A stretch of DNA of 64,000 nucleotides from Octopus vulgaris. Lineage: Eukaryota. Location: assembly GCA_951406725.2 (NCBI GenBank), contig OX597821.1, positions 105,586,001 through 105,650,000 on the forward strand, read 5' to 3'. The position numbers were made by a program, and so were the translations under genes. The notes under the pieces were generated by a model, which was not told the origin of the DNA, ran no database searches, and was given only the letters and a program-made list of their open reading frames with translations. Each line of letters begins with the position of its first letter. Position 1 is the first letter of the stretch. Below, in pieces: positions 55,296 through 64,000 of this stretch.

Positions 55296-55327
<32 letters not shown>

Positions 55328-55480
55328 GTTATTGTTATTATTATTATTATTACTGTTAGTAGTATTAGTATTATTATTATTATTAGTATTAGTATTATTA
55401 TTAGTATTAGTATTAGTATTATTATTAGTATTAGTATTAGTATTATTATCATTATCATTATTATTATTTTATTATTATTA
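55178..55480. repeat. Compound trinucleotide microsatellite (ATC)n/(ATT)n/(GTT)/(AGTATT)n
   Basis: Directly visible; explains the poly-Ile and poly-Leu ORFs. A (CAC)n tract lies at 54508-54587. Confidence 0.95.
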
Positions 55481-55481
55481 A

Positions 55482-55865
55482 AGCGGTGAGATGGCACAAC
55501 CGTAAACGCACAGAACAAAATATTTGGCGGTAGTTCGTCCGTTTTGTAGCTGTCAGATCAAACTCAGTCGATGTTGACTTGGCTTTTAATCATTTCGGGG
55601 TCAATAATGAAATAATATTACTTTAGCATGTTACCGGCACACACGAACGTGCTGCCCTTGTGTCTAAATTCGATACCATAATTAGTATACACGACAGACA
55701 TTATAAATTTTTTAAGAGCTTTTCGCCAGCTCTTACGTTCTCAGTTCGATTTCCGCTATGCCCTTCATCAATTCTGGAACAATAAAATAAATACCAATTG
55801 ACCACTGGGAAGAACTGATTTGGAGTAATCTCTCCCCCGAAATTGCTAGTCTTCTGCCAAAATTT
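55482..55865 (+). mobile_element. Two degenerate SINE family A copies
   Basis: gcggtgagatggcacaaccg...ggcttttaatcatttcggggtcaata (55482-55680) and ttacgttctcagttcgatttccg...ataccaattgaccactgg (55715-55865). Confidence 0.6.
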
Positions 55866-56067
55866 TAATCGATTTATGTTAGTATTGTTATGTTGGAATC
55901 TAAAGTTTTATATCTGAAATAATATCAGAATTCTAAATTAATTTCTGGCGTATTACACAGAGGAAACTTTTGCTGCCAAGGAGAAGCCTCTAAATGCTCA
56001 TACGCTATGCTTCATATGACAACCACTGTCTACGCGATATAAACAGAGAGGACACATTAAAATATTA

Positions 56068-56176
56068 TTTTCTACTTTAGGCACAAGGTCCGAAATTTAT
56101 GGTGAGGGGTCCAGTAGATCAAAGCGACATTAGTAGGCAAATGGTACTTAATGTTTCTGCTTGCTCATCGACTTGT
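56068..56176 (-). mobile_element. Internally deleted SINE family A with 15-bp TSD
   Basis: CACATTAAAATATTA at 56053-56067 and 56177-56191 flanks tail and head remnants. Confidence 0.7.
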
Positions 56177-56644
56177 CACATTAAAATATTACATGCCTGC
56201 CTGATTACAGTTTAGTACAGAATAAACCGTATAAGTGTTACAGCTTACGAATTCCTCTTTAGCATGGAAAACAAAATGAAACTGTGGGTTAGAATGACTT
56301 TACTACGCTTGAAATATTTTGTATTCTTTATTGTAAAGTCAGACGCCCATTTTAAATGTAACTTTTATTTTATAAAATAAATTACCAATTTAAATAATAG
56401 ACCTTTTTTGTGTGAAAAATTGAAGTATGAAGCATTGGTTTGCGGTGAGACACTGGTAGTCTACGCACTTGCACATTCATAGCATTTCCCACCCCCTGCG
56501 AAATGTTGATCAGTCCGAAGTGAAAAAAGATCATTCGGTCGATACCAACGTAAGCAATCGCAGAGGGATGACAACAGTTTCTAATGTTGCCACAAAAATA
56601 GCAATTTTAGGGTAAGTTCAATGGGAGCTCCATTAAAAGACTCT

Positions 56645-56945
56645 GAAAAAATGAAATCGGTCCATCAGGATTTGAACCCAGAATACAAAGACGGACGAAA
56701 TGAAGTGAACTAAGCATTTTGCCTGACGTGCTTATCGATTCTACCAGCTTTTGAAAGACGAATAACAATAATATGGCAGAAAGGCGGCGAGCTGGCAGAA
56801 ACGTTAGCACGCTGAGCGAAATATGTAGCCGTATTTCGTCTGCCGTTACATTCTGGGTTCAAATTAAGTACCAATTGCGTACTGTGGTAGACCTAATCGA
56901 ATGTCCACCTCTCTCAAAATTGCGAGCCCCGTTCCTAGAGTAGAA
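56645..56945. mobile_element. Head-to-head pair of SINE family A copies
   Basis: Minus-strand copy at ~56645-56750 and plus-strand copy starting GGCGGCGAGCTGGCAGAAACG at 56783. Confidence 0.75.
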
Positions 56946-57207
56946 AAAAATAATAATGCAGCAGAAAACCTGTGATATCCGTGATATGAGATTTCAAGTC
57001 TTAAATATATAGAGAAATTAGAAAATAATATTATTAAAGCAACATATAGATTATTACAAATAGTAATAAAATATTCGATAAACATGTGTCTTTCTTACAC
57101 TCTCACTTAAAAATAATTGTGTGTGTATGCGTGTATTCATGTACACACATAGACACACGCACACATATATATTTATACATATATATATGTATATACAATA
57201 TACATGC

Positions 57208-57562
57208 CGTGGCACTCCGTCGTTTGCGACGACGAATGTTCCTGCTGATCCGATCAACGGAAACGCTTTGACATTAGTGCAAGTGGCTGACCACTCCACA
57301 GACACGTGTACACTTCACGTAGTTCTCGGGGAGATTCCACGTTACACAGAGTGTGACAAGGGTAGCCCTTTGAAATACAGGTACAGCAGAAATAGGAAAA
57401 AAGAATGAGAGAAGTTTGTGGTGGAAGAGTAAAGCAGTGTTTGCCAAATAACCCTGCCGGAGGTGTTTTTGCTGAATAAACTCTCACAAGGCCGGATCTG
57501 GGAACGGAAACCACGATCCTTCGAGCGCGAGTCCGCTGAACTAACCACTGGGCCATTGAGCC
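57208..57562 (-). mobile_element. SINE family C, near full length
   Basis: Colinear with 32556-32938 (ggctcaatggcccagtggttag...gactcgcg...ggtttccgttccc). Confidence 0.85.
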
Positions 57563-57583
57563 TACACTATATATATAAATAAA

Positions 57584-57689
<106 letters not shown>

Positions 57690-57730
57690 TATAGAGAGAG
57701 AGAGATATAGATAGATAGATAGATAGATAG

Positions 57731-57772
<42 letters not shown>

Positions 57773-58508
57773 GCACACAAAAATACTAGCGTTTGTGCTT
57801 GTGACTGTGTGTGTGTGGGAGTGTGTTTGTGCGAGTGTAAAATTATTTTGGACATCCTTGATTTTATAAAATATACGTCTGTTATGATTAAAATATTTTT
57901 GGCTCAAATGCTTATTTTGATGTTTATCGCCATTTGTTTTGATAGTTCTGACAGGAAACCAGGAAAAAATCAATTAAAAAAGTAACGTGCAATAATTATT
58001 TTGTGTTATCATTATCTGAATTACCACAATCATGTGTGAATTTTACATTAAGACGTTTACAATCTACTTGAAAGAAAATAATGGCAAGAAGAAGATAATA
58101 AAATGAAGCAGTGAAAATTCTCTTATCTTTATCTGAATCGGAACAATGAAATGAGCATTCGGCTTTCCACATTGTTTACCCAAAATACAACTGTGTCTTC
58201 TGTTTGCACAATTACGGACGTAACCAATGCCAAAGTCTATTTTGTTTCATCATTTATTTCCTTCACTGAATGTTGTTGCTGCCGTGGTTATTGTGTTTTT
58301 TCTTTATATTAGTGTTTTAGTTTTGTGTTTGTTATAGTCTTCTAACACGAAATACAATTATTTTAACACGTATTTGCGAATGAGCAATATGTGCGCATTT
58401 GTGAGTGCGTAAGTGTGTGCCAGTGCAGTTACACTTATGGCTACACACACAAACACGCGTATCACCCAAACAAACCCAAACGCACACGCACACACACACA
58501 CATATACA

Positions 58509-58591
<83 letters not shown>

Positions 58592-58593
<2 letters not shown>

Positions 58594-58975
58594 GCACAAG
58601 ACCTGAAATTCTGGGAGAGTGGTTAAGTCGGTTGAGTCAACTTCGGTACGCAAATGGTACTTAATTTATCGACTCCAAAAGGATGACAAGCGAAGTCTAC
58701 CTCGACTGAATTTTAACTCAGAACATAGCGGCAGAAGAAATACCTATTTCTTTACTACCCACAAGGAGCTACACACAGAGAGGACAAAAAAGGACAGACA
58801 AACTGATTAAGTTGATTATATCGACCCCAGTGCGTAACTGGGACTTATTTAATCTACTCGGAAAGGACGAATGGTAAAGTCGACCTCGGCGGAATTTGAA
58901 CTCAGAACGTAACAGACGAAATACCGCTAAGCATTTCTCCCGGGGTAATAACGTTTCTGCCAGCTCGCCGCCTTA

Positions 58976-59041
<66 letters not shown>

Positions 59042-59253
59042 ATTTCTGTTATAGGCACAAGAGCTGAAAAATTTCGGAAAGGAGGACCTTAAATTAAATC
59101 GATCTCAGTACGCAACTGGTAGTTATTTTATCGACCCAGGTAGAATGAAATATAATTTCCACCTCGGCAGAATCTGAACTCAAAACGTAGCGACAGGCGA
59201 AATACCGCTAAGAATGAAGCCCGGCGTGCTAACGCTTTTGCCAGCTCACCGCC
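58592..59253 (-). mobile_element. SINE family A dimer (58592-58972) and monomer (59045-59253)
   Basis: Repeated body units; heads ctgccagctcgccgcc at ~58972 and ~59253. Confidence 0.85.
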
Positions 59254-60054
59254 TTTACATATCTATACTATGATGGAGGAAGCTGCTTATTAATTCGGTA
59301 TGCAACAGTTACCAAAAGCACTAACAGAAAGCAATATTAAAATCGTGACTGACTAGAATTATTTTTATGAATACATGTTCTAAGAATTTTTCTAATATTA
59401 CGATTTCTGTAGTTTATTGAAATTTTCAAACTCCAAATTTAATTATTCATTGCATTCACTTTGTCCAGTTTTTCATAAATTTAAATATTCATTGTATTCA
59501 ATGCGGAGTAGAGTCTAATGTTTAACAATAATCACTATTAGTTCGTTGCAGGTAAAATTTTTACGTTTTTATTTGCAAAAGTCTCTCATTCTCGCTCGCC
59601 TCTATTTTCATTAATGATCATTTAATAATAGCTATATAACTTTTATACGAGACACAATTTCATGAATATTATCAGATTCTAGAGTTTGTTCAGTGAATAT
59701 TTTTGATAAAATGATTTGTTTTTTAAACACGATATAATCTTAAAGTGATTTTGCGTTGAATGGATGCATGCTATTACACAAAATAGATGTATAACAAGGG
59801 ACAATTTCAAGAATATCATATATACTGCAATTCTTAATATACTGGTATAAGATTTTTTTTTCTTAAATGAAGTGATTTTGTTGGTATAGGTACTTGGAAC
59901 GCTATAAGTCTTACAATAGTAAATATTTTTAGCTCGCTAAACAAGATAGTTTTTAACGAGCTTTCACTTAAAGGAATTTTTCATTTTAAGTTTGCATAAG
60001 TCAGCTGTATAACTTCGATAGGAGGCGTAATTTCAAGAATATTCTTTTAAATCA

Positions 60055-60443
60055 AAGCACAAGTCCCAAAATTTTGGGGGTTTGGGGGCAGTTGATTAGA
60101 TCGACTCCAGTACGCAACTGGTACTTAATATATTGACCCGTATGGATAAAAGGCAAATTCCACCTCGGCGGAATTTGAACTCAGAACGTAAAGAGAAACG
60201 AAATACCTTTTTCTTTACTGCCCACAAGGGGCTACACACAGAGGGTACAAACAAGGACAGACAAACGGATAAAGTCGATTACATCGACCCAGTACGTAAC
60301 TGGTACTTATATAATCCACTCGAAAGGATGAAAGTCAAAGTCGACCTCGGCGGAATTTGAACTTGAACTCAGAACGTAATGGCCGACGAAATACCTCTAA
60401 GCATTTCGCCCAGCGTGCTAACTTTTCTTTTAGCTGACCGCCC
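60055..60443 (-). mobile_element. SINE family A dimer
   Basis: Two body units joined at gaaatacctttttctttac; one head. Confidence 0.85.
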
Positions 60444-62380
60444 TAAATTCTCAAGAATATTATCCGTTTCCGGAGTTGCTTACATTAATAATTTTACATT
60501 ATTTACATTATTTACACTTGACGGATATTTGTCCTCATCTTGTTTGCTGCTAGTATGGGATAAATTTGAGATACCTCATACGTTTAAGGTTTTCAGTGTC
60601 GCGATGTTAAATTTCCGAGGTAGCAATAAAATCTTGTTTCGAGTTGCTGTCTTTATGACTTCATCTTTCTCTAATAGAAATTTCACGACTATAAATGCAA
60701 AGAGAGCAAAGACATTGGAGCGGCGATGCCTACCCTGCGGGCAGGTGATTTTGTTTCTTTATTTTTCTTTTAACTATCACCATCATAGTAAATGTTACTA
60801 CTTTGAAATTTAGAAAACAACTCGTAAGGAAACGAAATCCTTGAATCCATCACTGTACACCCATACATATACCTTGCATGCCTACATGCATGTACACACA
60901 CACACACACACACTCACACGCAAAGTCGCATATATATATATATATGATTTTACGTATATTTGAAGATAATCAAAGTAAATTTTCATCATTTCGAGCCATA
61001 CATCCATTGAGTGAATCTGCTAAATTTGGTGAAAATACATTCAGCCATTTTCCAGTACTTTTTCAAACACACAAAGGCGAGCGACTACAATACATTGCGT
61101 TGGCTTACGCGCGAAAGGTAATAAAGAAAACTTGAGAGTATTTCTCACTGGATCCAATATTTCGAGAAGACTAGAAATGTGCAAATTGGATATGCACTAT
61201 ATACAGAATGTATTTCGACACCCTAGACGTAGGATTTTCGGAAATATTGTGTTTTTAATATAGGCATAATAGGGTACTAATTGATATTCAGTATTATCGC
61301 ATATCTTTATCAAATTTGTGTAACATACAGCAAGACATGCATTATATTTTTTATCAAACCGCTTTAAGAAGACTTTCCTTAACTTCGCGAGCCTGCTGCC
61401 TTGGGTTGCACAAGGGATAGGTAATGAAAATAGATGAAGCAATTCATTTGACACTTAATATAATATCAACAGTACTGTTTTAGGATTTATTGAAAGTTTT
61501 CAGAATGAGGAGCCATGAAAATAAAAGGTCACGTTTATATTTTACACATTACTATCATTGTAAAATATATTCCTTCATTTAGCAGGGGGCATCATCATAC
61601 TTTATGATCATCGGCAAATCTGTGGGATATGATTTGATATTTGTACTATCAATTCCACTTTCTCCTTGGTATGCTCGTCTCCTGCACAAGCTGAAATGTT
61701 TTAATGAAACAGTTCTTACGCAGTAGAAATAATGATTCTATTATTAAACGCATTCCTGATTTAATTGCTCCTTTTATGGTTTGAATATGAACTTGGAATC
61801 ATAAGAAAATTATATAGAAATAGAAATATATTCTACTTTATTTCACAAAATAAAAATTTATAGGTACATTTTCAAAATCTTCACACGTCATAAACAGCTT
61901 CATAACATTCAAGTTTGAAATGTATGTGAAGTAAAAAATAAGCAAAATCTATATGCAAATTTAATTGCACATAAAACGAACAACAAACTCTGTTAAGTCA
62001 TTTCTGTTTAACGGTTTGTTTATGTTTCGCTGAGTGGTAATTTATTTATACTAAACAAAACGAAAGTATTTCTATATTTTTAACACCCTAAGAATTATTT
62101 GTAAGTTTTTACTGTGTCAAAATAAAAAGAGAAACACACTCTGTATTCTGAAATAGCAGTAATACGTGAAACTTAGCAAAACATCAACAATATAGGAAAA
62201 CAGATTTTTAGATATATCTAAGAAATTTGCTGACAATCACAAGCAATATAATATTGTAAAACAGGAGCATAAATTGGATTTTAAAATAAAGCGCTCCCAT
62301 CTAGTAACTAAAACCTAAACCACATGTCTGACAGAGAGATCGCTTATAAACTCTGTACAATATACTTCATGTAGATAAAG

Positions 62381-62590
62381 CAGTGGGCTGGCAGAATTGT
62401 TAGTGCGCCGGTCTACATGTTTAGCAGCATCTCGTCCGTCTTCACATTTTTATTCAAGTTCCGCTGAGGTGGACATTGCCTTCCATCCTTTCAGCGTCGA
62501 TAAAATAAGTACTAGTTGAATACTGAAATCGATGTATTCAACTTATCCACACGCCGAAATATTGCTGGATATGTGCCAACATTTTAAACC
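62381..62590 (+). mobile_element. SINE family A copy
   Basis: gggctggcagaattgttag...gccttccatcctttcagcgtcgataaaataagtactag. Confidence 0.75.
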
Positions 62591-62649
62591 CATATTTTTC
62601 ATCATTGGGTCACATCTGACGAGATTGTTTTCGTCAGCCTCTGAACGCT

Positions 62650-62883
62650 GTGGACCCCTGTGATTACTATATTACGTTTTTAATAAGTAGTCTTATAGAA
62701 ATTTCTTTAAGATTTCTTTCTAATTTCTTTTTTTTTTCACACTTTAACTTCTCTAGGTTTAACTATTGTAAAATGTCATAATAAAAAATCTAGTTGTTTC
62801 TTGCAATACATACCAAAACACTACCCACCCCAAACATAATATGGACCCTTAGGAGCCATATGAACACCGGTTGAGAACTACTA
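62650..62883. mobile_element. Partial hAT MITE, same family as 14058-14392
   Basis: Shares gattactat, caatacatacc, gccatatg and the terminal ggttgagaactact. Confidence 0.55.
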
Positions 62884-63560
62884 CTCTGCCATGTGTTGCT
62901 GCAGTTTTTTCGCTTGATTGCATTGATAAAAATTTGTAAACGTCCCTAAAACGTCTACTAAATTCGTTAAAAATCTCAGGTAACCCACATTGAACATATC
63001 ACCACATATATTCCAGAGATCATATCCTCAATACATAATGTAAATTTTTCCACTATTTCAACCCAATCGGGATCACTTCCATCGCATCTCATTATTTTTA
63101 TTCGCAATTTTATACGCTGTCTGGGTGTACTAATTGGAGAGAGTTAATCAAAGTTTTTCTACTTATTATATTATAAAAGTTGTCCATCGTATATATGCGT
63201 GGTAGCTTGATTATCTTTGAAGTAATGGCGAGCAATAGAAAGAAAATTAACACGTTATGCTTGAAAATAATTGCAGACTCACTCGTGCGATGAAAGTTTA
63301 ATGGTTTCCGGCCGGTTGACTTACGGAATCTACTGCCATAAATTCAATGATGAAATTCATATGCTATTCAAAACATAATGAAAAATTGCGCGAAAATCTT
63401 CATAATTTCTTCAAATATATATGAACACCGACTTACCAGCAACGAATCACACACACATGCAAAACATATATATATGCAAACGCATACACACACACCTACG
63501 TCTGCATATCTAATAATGTATGTAAATATGAAGATATATATATATGTATATATATACAGG

Positions 63561-63699
<139 letters not shown>

Positions 63700-64000
63700 G
63701 TCTTTCTCTGTTTATATGATAGAAAATGAATGCTCGTAAGAGTATGAGAACATATGTGGTATTATATAATTATTGATCTGTGTGTGTGAGTATTCCATTA
63801 TATGTTTTTTTTTAATGTGACCGTGCAGACTGTGTGCTGAAAATGACGAAACCGTTAACACAGTGGTATATATATATATACATATGTAGTATACGGCAGG
63901 ATTGTATCATAATTTACTCTTGACATCCTTACATAATTAACTGAAAGATCGAAACAGAATTACCTTTGTAATTAAGGTTCGAATAATATAATGCATACAC

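Overview
AT-rich, microsatellite-saturated animal DNA with no credible host protein-coding exon, tRNA or rRNA gene. Nearly all listed ORFs are translations of (AT)n/(AC)n/(AAT)n repeats or SINEs. The SINE families look like those I recall from octopus genomes, so this is probably intronic or intergenic coleoid cephalopod sequence (from memory, no search run). The window contains: four tRNA-derived SINE families (one forms head-to-tail concatemers), a young 5'-truncated CR1 LINE, two HERO-type REL-endonuclease remnants, an RTE remnant, several Penelope-like element (PLE) fragments, a mariner derivative built from two inverted 5' ends, and hAT- and Tigger-like MITEs. The most interesting signals are two minimal type-I hammerhead ribozyme motifs with palindromic stem III and non-canonical cores. 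The one at 49436-49490 (-) carries a compensatory C3G/G8C swap (GUGAACA). The one at 47754-47791 (-) has CUGUUGA. Several inverted-repeat structures also occur, mostly near PLE fragments.
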